A stretch of 64,000 nt of DNA from Lama glama (lineage: Eukaryota), in the NCBI GenBank assembly GCA_028534125.1, contig CM052816.1:74526001-74590000 (forward strand), written 5' to 3'. The translations under genes and the position numbers were made by a program. Shown here one piece after another: positions 51,952-63,580 of the stretch; position 1 is the stretch's first letter, and each line of letters opens with the position of its first letter. The notes beneath the pieces were generated by a model. The model saw only the letters and a list, made by a program, of their open reading frames with translations. It did not search any database and had not been told where the DNA came from.

Positions 51952-54900
51952 GTCTTTGAAAGTCTGTTATAGAGCCTGAGGTTGACTTCCTAAACATCAG
52001 TCAGGAAGATAACTATCTGGCCACCACTGAAACACACCCATAAGGAGAGGGGCTTTTTAGCAAAGCATAGAAGTTTGGAGGCAGAAGGGACTTTAGAGAT
52101 AATCTAGTCTAACCAATTTTGATTGATGAAGAATGCTGAAAAAATTTAGTAAATAATTTATGACTTTGTCTTGTCCAACAAGTATGTCCTAATACAGAGA
52201 CAGCTACAATAATCTTTCAAAGCTTGCTGATGGTCTCCTTTGAGGTCACTCAGTTCTCTCTACTCCAACTCTACATTTGCCAAACGACCTTCTGATCCTT
52301 ATCTTGTTTTCCGGGTTCTCTCTCTTTCTGGAAAACTAATACAATAGCCAGCTGAAATGCAATTGCTTCACAGCTAAAATGGAGAATAAACAAATGTATT
52401 GGCATTCTGGTATACCGGCCCATCTTGCGAGGTTGGCTAGTGTAAATTGGGCTTTGAGAATCTCATCACCTCTGGGTCCTCTGATGCAATTTGTTTTCTG
52501 AACACAAAAACCTGGACAGGAGTTGATCCCAGAGAAACCAAGAAAGCCTGAGAGATCCTGTCTAAATCAGTTTGCTGGCCTCACATCTCATCTTAACCTC
52601 AAGTCAGACAGGAAATTTAAAAACTGACAATGTGTCAATTGGAAGGTAAATCAAAATCAAGGTCAAAATCTGCAATAGTCTAGGTTTTGGGAGAAGATAA
52701 GGACAAGGAGCATGTATTTACAGAGGAAAAGGTGGTGTGGAAGGGAAAAGGACCTACACGTCTTTGTAACACATCCTTGTAGATGTAACATCTTGGCTCA
52801 GGAGAGCTTATTTTCAGTCCTGAAGTCAACGTTCAATTCCCAGGAGCCTTATATTTACCACCCCAGGGAACCAATAGAGCATGACTCAGGAAACTAATTC
52901 AATGACCTAGTCACGTTTCTCCTGAATCATTTGGCTGGTGGATGAGGGTTGGAACAAGCAGGCTGAGACAAACCCTAAACTGCTATTAATTCAAGATTGT
53001 CCACCTAACAAGAAGCCAAAAGAACTGGCCCTAAAATGGTTTTCATCACAATCTGTTTGAGTGAAATTAGTCACATCACATCTCACAGAGCAGTAATCAA
53101 ACACGCATCTTCTCATCAAGTGGAAAAGGGGGTCAAATGAATTTTTCATATTCAACCACTTGTGATCTTGTTATCAGTTAAAACTTTCCTTCCAAATGAG
53201 GAAGAAAAGCTTGAGGGAATCCTGAGGGTGGCAGTTCACTTAAAGCATCAAGTAAATGCTAAAGAACCAGAGGGCATGTGCCTGAGACAAAGGAAAACAG
53301 TCATCCGGATGCCCACAAGCATCTGAAGTTAACTCCTTCCAACCCGAATGGACACAGCGTCTCCTAACCCTGCCCTCCTGCCTCCTACCTGAACGAACAG
53401 CTTCATCTCATGTATTTTCTAACTCACTCAATGAGATTTAGGGTCCCCCAGTTACCTGAATTAGATACCCTGAGTACCCCCTCACAAGTAACTTGTCACC
53501 ATAAGGGGCTGAATTCCCTCTGGAACGTGGCTCCTCCTCCCCCCATGCTTGCTGCACTGCCTCTTCTCCTGACTTAAGACAGCCTCCTTCCTGGTCTGTC
53601 TTCCTTTACTTGCACTACCGGGGCCAGACAAACCACAAATCCACCCACTCTTCAAAGTCATGCTCAAATATTGCTCCCTCCGTGAAGCTGTCTACACTCC
53701 CCTGACACTTCACTTTTCCTTCCTCCATGTCTCCACACTGATTTTTTAAACCTCTACTATAAAATGTGCCACAATTTGGAAGTCACAAGATAACAAACTC
53801 CTGTTTGTGGGATAAATGAGTTCTCAGGGCTGCACCAAAATGCCTTGCAGGGTGTGTGCATGTGTTTGGAAGTGGGGATGTTCGTGGGTGTAAGGTAGGT
53901 CAGAGGCATTAGAAGTTCTTTCCCCACCCCAAGAATCACCACATCGTCAGCAAGCCCTAGGAGAAGCAAGTTTGGGTAAGAGCAGTGGGTCATTTGGAGG
54001 TTAGAGGGTGGGTTGTGGGCTGAACTTTGAGCGTCTGGAGTACAAGCCGCGGGTGCTGGAAATGGGTGCAAGATAACTTCACAAAGGCAAAGAAGGTCAG
54101 AGTCACTCAAAATTCTGCCCTGGATCCACCTGAATTCTGCTTATGCGCAGGGAAGGTGGCGCTTTGGAAGGTGGTAGGACTCAGCTTCCCATAGGTCAGC
54201 CTTCCCCATCAGTGCCTGACCGTCCGTCCCCTCAGAATCCCCAGCCAACCTCCCCTCTACTTCTGCAGGAGGGACAAGGAGAAAAAGTCAAGACGGAAAG
54301 AAGGTGTTGGGTGAAGGTGGCTTTCTACTTTCCTTTTATCCTCAGCACAGGACAGAACGTGAGTCACAATGTTGTCCTTTGAAAATTATTTCCCATGCTC
54401 AATAGATTATATTCTTTAAACTACAACTTAGTTTAAAGATAAATGACTTTACTGGCTTTTCCATTAATGAGAATGTCTGGAACACACCTGAGGTGAATGA
54501 GGACGGGGGCTGGGAGGTGGGCCACTGAGGAGGCAGAAGCATCATGAGAGAACCTAGGTGCTGGATGGGGCCGTAAGGACTGTGTAAATGGAAAGGTCTC
54601 ATTTTATGATGCCATCAGCCAACCCCAGAGGGGCAAAATGATGCACATGAGACTCCACTGCTGGTTACAGCTGAGCAGGGAGCAGCACCCAGGTCTCCTG
54701 TCCCCGTCCAGTGGGCTCTCTCAGTACTCTGCGGGCCCTGGACCTCAAGGAGCACTTCATGGAACAAAAAGCCAACTTGCCCCCAGGCTCACACAAGCTG
54801 TCCTCCGTGACATCACTTACATCAGGCGTTCAGTGCAAACAAACCCTCACGAGTGCCGGCGGGGCCTCAGGCGACCTGTGCTCCTGACCTTCCCCAGCCA

Positions 54901-54999
54901 GGCGCCCGCCCGCCCTCCACAGGGGCTGAGTGCCCCCTGCCACCTTCTTTGAAATAGGATGAGAGCTCTGGGGTAATCCAGAAAGGAAGTTCACTCACA

Positions 55000-55880
55000 A
55001 CTAGCCCTTCAGTCTAGACCAAGCCAAGCCTAAATTTCTGAAAATAATCCTGGTTAGAATCTTGTAAGAATCTATTCTCCACACTGACGCCACAGTGATT
55101 TCCTTAAACCACACATCGGCAGCCTGTTTCAAACCCTCCAGTGTACAGCACATGCCCTTACAGCCAGTACGTCTGGCCCCGTGAGATCTGATCCACCTTT
55201 GTCTACCTTTCCATCCCTATCTTACACCTTTTCCCCAACCCTCCCTTTTCTTCTGCCACAGAGGAATCTTCTCAGAAGGTTCCAGGCTTTCCACACATTT
55301 AGGCTCTCCGACTCCTGTCCTCTTCCCACGTCATCCATTCCTGCTACTCCCTTCCCAAACCTCAGCTCAAGGTCACTTCAACTTAAATGCGTTTCTTTTT
55401 TTTTAAATATATTTTTATCGAAGTATAGTCAATTTACAGTGTTGTGTCAATTTCTGGTGTACAGCATAATGCTTCAGTCATATAGGAACATACATATATT
55501 CATTTTCATATTCTTTTTCACCATAAGTTACTACAAGATATTGAATATAGTTCCCTGTGCTATACAGTATAAACTTGTTATTTATCTATTTTATATATAG
55601 TAGTATCTGCAAATCTTGAACTCCCAATTTACCCCTTCCCACCCCCTGGTAACCATAAGTTTGTTTTCCATGTCTGAATTTAAATGCATGTCTAGCAACT
55701 ACTTCTACTCCTTACCAGGTGATGTTAGGCGCCCCTCTTCTTTCCTCCCATAACAGCCTTGCCAAACCTCTATCAGAGCATCGTAATATACCCAACATTT
55801 TCTTCTCCCTCCCCTGAGGGTCATTTTTTTGTCCCCCCATTACCTGGCACAGTGCCTAGCACACTCAGTTTGAAATGAGT
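55000..55880 (+). mobile_element. L2 fragment interrupted by an L1
   Basis: ctccacactgacgccacagtgatttcctt...ctcagctcaaggtcactt [L1] ...tacctggcacagtgcctagcac. Confidence 0.5.
55397..55676 (-). mobile_element. 5'-truncated L1 3'UTR
   Basis: Same family as 3965-4331. Degenerate TSD AACTTAAATGCGTTTCT (55380-55396) / AATTTAAATGCATGTCT (55677-55693). Confidence 0.9.
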
Positions 55881-56693
55881 TGTTTCAGGAATGAACAGAG
55901 ACCCCCTGAGATGCAACATTAAAATAGATGTTTTGAGGGGGTGGGAGCAGGTCCATCTGTTGAAAGTTCATCTGAATGCTTTTTGATGAGAGAGTAAGTG
56001 GAGTTTCCCATCCCACCAGGCACGATAGGAAATCTCTAGTCAGGCATGCAGTAAGGAACTCAGAGCAGCAGAGTAAACCCACAGGGTGGTCGGGTTAGGA
56101 GTATAAAAGGCAACAGCTTCCTTTCCTTTTCTTCCAAGTGCTGACCATCCCTAAGACTTTAGAAAATCTGAGAGAAAAAGCAAAACAAACATGCAATTGG
56201 GGTGTCACGTCTTCCTTATGATACTCTTCTGAAATATGAACTGACTGAAATGTAAAACATGGACCAGAATTAAAACCCTGAAATGTCACCCGAGTGCCCA
56301 CTATCATCTCCAGCTTTCTCAAAACCTACCAGCTTCTTAAGCGCACATGAAACCACCCCTTTGTTCAGAGAACAAACTTTAGAAACCCAAGCTGTATCTT
56401 TACGGTCTTCAGACATAGGCAGGCCGTCTGAGGCTTTGCCTGACAAGAGTATTTTACAAGCTTCAGGACAAGAAAAAGAAGTTTGCTTAGAGTAGAGAGG
56501 AGGTGAGCAGAGAAGTCGAGCAAAGAGGGAGCAAAGAGAAATTAAGCCAGAAGAGGGAAGAATGAGGTGGGAGGAGACAGAAAGCAACCGGCAAAGCCAA
56601 GTCAGGGATGTACAACTGCAAAATGCAAAAGCAAGTGAGAAAAAGAGACCTGACAGCTTTTCGATCAAAGTCAATGAGAAGGGAAATACTAAC

Positions 56694-56905
56694 CACTAGT
56701 CCGGCAGATTTTCCTGAAATAGAGGCTGGATTTTCATACACTTTCCTCCAGGATTTACGGCAAGAACTTTTAAAATGTCCTTTTGCATGCAGTCATGGAT
56801 GCAAGCAGGCCAGGCTACACTCCCTTGGTTAAAGTCTGGCAGAGAGGGCGGGGTTGAAGGAGGAATGCGGTGAACGTGTCTTGGTTACCACTTGGTGTGT
56901 CTTAA
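56694..56905 (-). other. GHR: GHR non-coding first exon 1A (liver-type; human V1 equivalent); 5' end approximate
   Basis: Minus strand ends ...AAAATCCAGCCTCTATTTCAGGAAAATCTGCCGGACTAGTG|gttagt (donor at 56693), resembling the ruminant 1A 5'UTR as I recall it. It lies 14.4 kb upstream of exon 2 and just downstream of a TATA-like element and DR1. The TSS is inferred from TATA spacing only. Confidence 0.85.
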
Positions 56906-56933
56906 TCTCGAGCTTCTTAGTCTTGTTGCTTTA

Positions 56934-56942
56934 GTATATAAA
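56934..56942 (-). promoter_or_regulatory. TATA-like box of P1 (TTTATATAC)
   Basis: + strand GTATATAAA, located ~240 bp upstream of the exon 1A donor, consistent with an exon of ~200-215 nt. Confidence 0.65.
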
Positions 56943-57072
56943 CCTTCGAAAAATCCTCCCCAAATCAATTACAGGTTTCTCCCTCTTCCTCCCTCCCTCC
57001 CAATCGTACACCCCTCGTACCAGAATTGCAGATTAAAGCACACAGCCCATTGCCTCACATAACGAACCCCCC

Positions 57073-57085
57073 CGACCTTTGCCCA
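57073..57085 (-). promoter_or_regulatory. HNF4/COUP-TF-type DR1 element TGGGCA-A-AGGTCG
   Basis: + strand CGACCTTTGCCCA. It has the DR1 CAAAGGTC core and sits ~170-180 bp upstream of the inferred TSS. An HNF4 site is established for the bovine GHR 1A promoter. Confidence 0.8.
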
Positions 57086-58149
57086 GTGCCTCTTTGGGCG
57101 CTGCCAACTGCAGTGAAGGCCAGGCCTGGGCTGGCGTCTCATGAGGCCCATCACAGCGGAGCCAGCCAGGCCAGCGGAGAAGGCCAAGCGCTAGAACCTA
57201 CACGGGCCGTGAACTGGCCAGGCTGCAGGGACCCATGGGGCTTATCTGAATCTAATCCCACGACTTCCCTAAGGAATTGGAGAAGGAAAACCCCAAGAGG
57301 GCAGAGCCGTCCATCCATTGTGTTCACTGGTATGTCGCTGAAGTACCCCAAGTGCCCAGAGAGCACAACATCAAAATGTGTGTTAAATAAAGGATAAATG
57401 AACAAATTTTAAAACATTAGTGCCCATTGGAAATCCTAACATATGTGACTGTAGATGTTTAAGCACAGTGCCAGTGGTACAAAGTAGTTGACTAGAAAAT
57501 CGTTAGTACCATCTCCACGTTAATTGTAGGATATTTCGGTTGATTGGGCAGGAAGACACAGCACTTAGATAATGTCTTTTTTATTCTAATTGCCATATGG
57601 TAGAGAGAAGTAGGTCTCTCTAAGGAAAAAAAAATATCCCAAGTCAAGTAAAAAGATCAAAAAACTAACTATTTAGTGAATTACCGATGCATGCAACACT
57701 AGAAGCAAAAACACTTCTTTCTAGTTCTGGAGTTTCACCAAATTTCTCGCAGCTCCTCACTGGTTATAACAGAACAATCATGATGACTTCCATCACTGAG
57801 CGTGGGTTGAGTAGTTGACTCAAGGCTGTGTGTGACTATTATGCCTGTGTGACCAATAGCCCTGTCCATGCTGCCAACACAAGAAGGCTGCTCATGATTG
57901 GTGACCACAGCCAGAACGAGCAAGGCCTTTCTCTCGTTAAAAGACTCTCTCTGCCTGGCTGGGCTTCCTACGTTTGTGTGCAATAAACCATTCTCTGACC
58001 TGAGATACACACAAAGCCCTGTAATATAAGAAACGCTCCCAGGGGAGCATTCATTCGAGTAGATTAGTTAACAATGACTGGATGCGGGGGCTCTCACTGA
58101 TCGTGAGCTGGCAGTTAATTTATTCTGAAATCATATTTTGGATGTGTAG

Positions 58150-58530
58150 AAACAGCCTCCCTGATAGATGTTTCCAAAACACATTTCCAAAGATAAACTC
58201 AGGGATCCTTGAATAACTCGCCCCCAAACCTTGTCTTCTCCAGTGTCTGCAACACAAGCTGGAAACCTAGGAGTTACCTGGATGTCTTCTCTACCTCTTC
58301 TGCCCCCATTTCATCTGTCAGCCTCACCTCTTCTTGAATTCATTCCATTCCCTCTACCCTCTCTACTGTTACACCAAGTCCTAGTCATTATCTCTCACTT
58401 GGACTTTCGGAATGGCCTCTTAACAGCCACTCACACTCTCTCTAATCCATTTTTTTTTACACAAAAATTACATTTTGAAACACAATTATGATCATGACAT
58501 CCTTCTGAATAAAGCATTCAAACACTTTCC
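58150..58530 (+). mobile_element. L2 fragment
   Basis: caagctggaaacctaggagttacctggatg...gtcattatctctcacttggact...aatggcctcttaac. Confidence 0.55.
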
Positions 58531-58574
58531 TTGTTCACAGGCATAACATCACAAGCCATAATGTGAGGTCACTA

Positions 58575-58880
58575 ACATTTAGTAGTTGCCCCCAGTACTC
58601 ACTCTCCCCACTTTCAGTTAGTAGTAAAACCCAGTGAGAGATGACATTTCCCAGCCAACTTACAGCCACCTGGGGCACAAGGCTCAGTTCTGGCCAGCGG
58701 GATGTGAGAAGACGTGGCATACGCATCTTTCAGGAAAATGTGTATCCCCCGCCCCCTCCTCCCCTCCTACTGGCCTGACGGGCTGGGCCACCAAACACAT
58801 GGCTGAGGGCTACCTAAGCCAGTGGAACCTTTCTGGATCCCAGATAATGGGGGTTTAAACACTGGTAAAGGACCAATTAC
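58575..58880 (+). mobile_element. Old MLT1-type LTR fragment
   Basis: acatttcccagcc...ggggcacaaggctcagttctggccagcgggatgtgagaagacgtg. Confidence 0.45.
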
Positions 58881-60289
58881 TCTGTTTTTTTTTGGGGGGG
58901 GGCAGCCAGCCCAGATCTTTCTAGCTTATCCTTGAAAGAAAAAGGACTGTGTTCACCTAATTTTTCAGGCTCAGCTGAAAAAGAAGTGGGAAAGAGTAAT
59001 CACACAAGACTTCTAAAAACATAAGCTGAAATTTTACCCTCAATATTATAGAGAAAAAAAAGTACTTGAACACATGGTATTCTGATACGGATTTTTTTTA
59101 TGAGCCTTGAGCAATACTCCTTCCTTTTCTAAGAGATTTATGAATCCTCATGCACTACAACCAAAAGTATTTAGAACTTGAGAACTTGTGAAGAGTTTTA
59201 TTTAGGGAACTATTAGGGTCCACAGAAATGACCATCCTCAGACAGACAGGAATATTATTTTGGTCTAATAAGAAAACAGGTAACACTCTGCCCAACCCTG
59301 TCCCAAACCAAGTTTCCAAACCTCAAATTATTAGGGGATTTTCAAATAAATAGAAACTGGCAATAAGTAATAGTTATAAAAAGAGCAGGGAAGTGTAGGA
59401 CCTTAGGAAAAGAATCTTTCTAGGTTTATGTACCCAGTCCCCCCAAACCAAATTGTATTCTGAAATAGTGTTAGTGGGACAAATATGAGGTTCTCTGCTT
59501 TAAGCAGAATTTTATCCATAGATACTTCATATTTATATATTTATACCAAGAACATATGTGCTACATCAAGAGTTGGAGGACATGATCTGCAAAATGACTT
59601 TCCTCGTAATCAAATTTGATTTTTTATTTTCTGATTGTCAATGTATATTTGCTTTTGCAGAAATTTGATAAGTATTAATATGCTGTAAAACAAATTCTGG
59701 GTTCCTTTTCTGTCACTCTCCTTCTATAGAATTTCTTAAGAAAGTTGAAAACAAACCTCACAGCAAAAACTGTCTTTTTTGTTTTTGATTTTTCTTTTCC
59801 TACTTAACACGTGTCTCAAGCACCTGCCTATTAGATTGCCACTTTTTCTAGGAAATGTAGCTTTTAGCAATTCTTTGATTCAAATGGCTCAGCTAATATT
59901 AACTGATTAGATTGACAATGAAGTCCTAATACCACTGGCAGACCAATAGTAAAGGCTGGAAATTAGACTCTGCCTGGGTCGCCCAGCATTTATCAGCTTG
60001 AAGTTGCAGGTGAGACTAGAGGGAGCTTGAGGCATCATGAAGAATCTGTGAAGGACCCATGATGTATTGAGAGAGACATACAGATGGCTGGGCACAGCAA
60101 CAGATCTGGCATCATTATAGTAGGTCCCCATGATACGGAGTTACATGGAAACATCCTCTTTCTTGCTGGCTAAAAAAGCATAATTCCCACCCACTCAGAA
60201 CCAAAAGCAAAATTAAAGATTGAACATACAATTAGAGGGCTGTATTAATTCATACTCCACCACATTCCTATTATTGGCCACCTAGGTGC

Positions 60290-60894
60290 CAGTGCTTTTC
60301 AAACTGTGAGTCACATTCTACTGTTAGGCTGTGGGGTCAGCTTAGTGGGTTAAACCCAGCTTAGTTTGTTAGTTTGTTGAATGGAATGGTGCTATGGACC
60401 AAATGTGTATGCCCCCGCCTCCACCTCCACTGCCTAAATTCATATGCTGAAGTCTAATCCCCAGTGTGATGGTATATGGAGGTGGGGCCCTGGGTGACTA
60501 GATCATAAGGGTGGAGCCCTCATGAAGACGACTGGGTGCCCATACAAAAGTGGTTCCAGAGAGCTCTCCCCACCTTTGTGCCATGTGAGGACACAGCAAA
60601 AAGACAACTGTCTAGGAACCAGTAAGTGAGCTCTCTCCACACACTGACTCTGCCGGGGCCTTGATCTTGGACTTCCCAGCCTCCAGAACCATGAGAAATA
60701 AACCTCTGTTGTTCATAAGCCACTCAGTGTATGATATTTCTGTTACAGCAGTCCAAACAGATGAAGACAAATGAAATGGAATGGGCAGTTTCTTTACAGG
60801 AGATTTTTTAATGCATGTGTGTGGCTACTGGCTGACCATGAAGATCTACTTATGTCTTACTGTGGATAGGAGTCAAAAAGTTGGCAGGCCATTG
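60290..60894. mobile_element. hAT-Charlie MITE split by an MLT1A LTR
   Basis: Left end CAGTGCTTTTCAAACT...ttagtgggtt; right end cttactgtggataggagtcaaaaagttggcaggccattg. Confidence 0.5.
60390..60769 (+). mobile_element. MaLR MLT1A-type solo LTR, full length
   Basis: TG...CA termini (tgctatggac...gatgaagaca), aaattcatatgctgaagtctaatcccc, gccttgatcttggacttcccagcctccagaac and AATAAA. 5-bp TSD AATGG/AATGA. Confidence 0.9.
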
Positions 60895-61499
60895 ATGTAG
60901 GCTTCTTCTAGTTTTTAAACATTATAAGTAATGGTACAATAAACATCTCTTGGCAGAGAGGGTATTTGGCCCATATTTCCATTTATTACCTAGTGGTGAT
61001 TCCCAGAAACAAAGTTGCTGCATGAAAGGGGTAAAATATTTATGAGATTTTTGATAGGTATCATTCAATGCTTTCAAACCATCCTAATTTAGACTCAGTC
61101 CAGACCAGCACCAAACTTCAATAGCAGTGTACAACTGCCAGCAAATGTTTCTTTTCCTTCTACCATTGCTAATCTGATGGGTAGGACCTTCTACTGTTAT
61201 AATTTACATTTATTTGAAAATGAGTGAACCTAGTTATTCCCTAGGGGTGAAAGCATAGCAAGAAGAGAAAATGGGAGAAGAGTATTGCAATCAGCTTGAT
61301 TTTGCCAGGCTGATCTCAGACTGCCCTTAAGCTTTTAATCCTTCACTCGACTTTGAAACCAGCTGCCTGATATGCTTTATTAACCTTAAACATAACTTTA
61401 AAAAGTAACCAATGCCAGAATTGCAGCCAATGTGGCACTGCAAGTTTACACTTTGGACTTCCTCCTCTGTGCCAGGTACAGCAATGGAAGATTTATAAT

Positions 61500-62070
61500 T
61501 TTTTTTTTAAACTAAGACAGTAGTATTAGACAACGTGAAAGAGCAATTACAAGCCAGGGAGAGCAGACTGAGAAGTTCCAACATGCTTGTGATGGGAGTT
61601 CCAAAAGGAGGGAATTTAATTCAATTGCAAAGAATCACTTTTAGAAAGGGTTATTATTGGCAATTTTATAAAATTAAAGAATGAAATGAATTTTCAGATT
61701 AAAAGCACATAGTGATCATGGGATAGTATAAATAAAAAGCAAATCCCCACAATAGGGCATCAGGATAAAGGAAAAATTTGTAATGATACTTTAAATAAGA
61801 GGGAGATTACCTACTAAGGTACTCAAATGGACAAGGAGAAGATTTTCTCTCAGCAACAACAGATGGTAGGTTACAAATTAAAACCTTTAAAGTATTAGAG
61901 AAATAGCCATCCATTCAGAATTTGATACCCAGCTAAAATCTCCCAAATTCTTTGTGTGTATATGTGTGTTGGGGGGGGGGAGCAAGAAAGGAGAGCCAGG
62001 GGCATATGAAAACTGAGAGCTTACTACCTAAATATTCTAATTTAACTAATTAATAAAGGAGATATTTTTT
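61500..62070 (+). mobile_element. Old L1 ORF1/HAL1-like fossil
   Basis: agaagttccaacatg...gggagttccaaaaggag, agattttctctcagcaacaac and agaatttgatacccagctaaa (RI.YPAK motif). Confidence 0.55.
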
Positions 62071-62134
62071 CCAAGAAGACAAAAATCATCATAAATAAAT
62101 ACTGAAAATTTTGTCTCTTAAAAAAAAAAAGATT

Positions 62135-63580
62135 CTCTTCCAATTATTCCAGTTATTATCCCTGTAATTATTGACCCATTTCTCTTCTTCCTTTTAAGGT
62201 AAAATTTTTGAAGGAATTGAACTACATTTTTATTTCAATTCATCTTTGTCCATTTTCTTAAACATACTCAGATCAGGCTTTAAACCCCTACCACTCCAAA
62301 TGAAAAAGATTTTGTTCTGGTCATTTTAGACTTTCATATTGCTAAATCTAGTGACTACATCATAATCATCTCATTTGACCTATTAACAACATAAGACACA
62401 GTGGCTCACTTTCAAAACACTCCTTGATATTTGGACAATATTCTCCATTGATTTTCCCACCCTACTAGGCACTTCATCTTGGTCTGTTTTGCTGGGTCCT
62501 CTTCATTTTCTCAACCACATAACATTGGAAAACCCCCAAGGATTTCTCCTCTCCTCTTTTCTCTGTCTACACTTACTCCCTAGGTGACCTCATTCAGAAT
62601 TATGACATTAATATCATTGATGACTATGCTCTCAAAATATAATTTCAATTCAAACCTCTTCTTGAACTACAGGCTCATATATCCAATTGAGAATTCCCTT
62701 GAGTGTTTGATAGGAATCTCAAACTTATAAATCTATAACTAAACTTCTGACTTTATCCTTTTAACCTGCTCATTCCACACCTCAATCATTTCAGTCAATA
62801 TCACATTCATCCTCCGAGATCCTCAGGCCTTTCATTCATACTCCTGACCAATCCATCAACTAATTCTCTTAGACACACCTTCAAATTATATCCAGAATGT
62901 GATCACCTTTTTACTATCTCCATATTTATCTCCCTCATCCAAGCCACTGATATTTCTTATCTAGATTATTATAATACTCTCTTAATTGGTTTACATGCTT
63001 CTTGTCTTGAATCTCCTTATCTCCAAAATACACTAGCCACCCACCAAGATGTTGATCTCGCTAAAATAAGAGTATGCCAAGTCTTTGTTCAAGACCCTCC
63101 AATGATATCCCATCTCATTTAGAGTAAATGCCAAAATGCCTACAGTGGTCTGAAAGACTTGCTTGATTTCCTTCAACCCTCATCCCCACTCTCACCCACT
63201 ATCTCTGCCTCCATCCACCACCATTATTTTTTTGCTCATTCTGCGCCAACAACATCTGACTGTTCGATGTTTCTTGCAGCCCCCACGTAGCATGTGCTAT
63301 TTTCTCTGCATAGGATACTTTTTCCCCAGACTTCCTTCAAGTATCCATTCAAATATCTCTTTTTCTGTGAGCTCTTTCCTGATAACCTATATCAATATTA
63401 ACCCTTACACTTTTGTTTTTGTCCATAGCATTTATCTTCATTTAATATATCATATATTTAGTTGTTACTTTTTTCCCCTCTCTCCTCTTACTAGAATATC
63501 AACTATATGAGTTCAGGGACTTTGTCTATTTTGTTCACTGCTGTAGGCACATAGTAAGGATTTATTATGTGAATAAATAA
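62135..63580 (+). mobile_element. Long L2 LINE 3' portion
   Basis: tcaggctttaaacccctaccactcc...tgctaaatctagtg...ctacacttactccctaggtgacctcattcag...ttttgttcactgctgtaggcacatagtaagg...gtgaataaataa. Confidence 0.8.

Larger units (their letters stand above)
56906..57130 (-). promoter_or_regulatory. GHR: GHR P1 (exon 1A) proximal promoter
   Basis: Contains CCTCCCCAAATCAATTACA (+, ~56955-56973) and GTGCTTTAATCTGCAATTCTGGTACGAGG (-), resembling the sequences flanking the TG repeat of the bovine P1 promoter. Also contains a DR1, a C/EBP-like GTGAGGCAAT and a TATA-like element. Confidence 0.85.

Noticed and set aside
55181..55600. 139-aa hydrophobic ORF
   Set aside because: Reads through an L2 fragment into an antisense L1 3'UTR.
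56270..57405. Cluster of ORFs around the P1 promoter
   Set aside because: They overlap promoter, exon 1A and intron on both strands with no protein likeness; only the spliced uORFs are plausible.
400..61010. Scattered TTCNNNGAA (STAT5/GAS) motifs suggesting GH autoregulation
   Set aside because: Roughly 16 or more are expected by chance in 64 kb, and I saw no tandem cluster or proximal P1 site that I could support.
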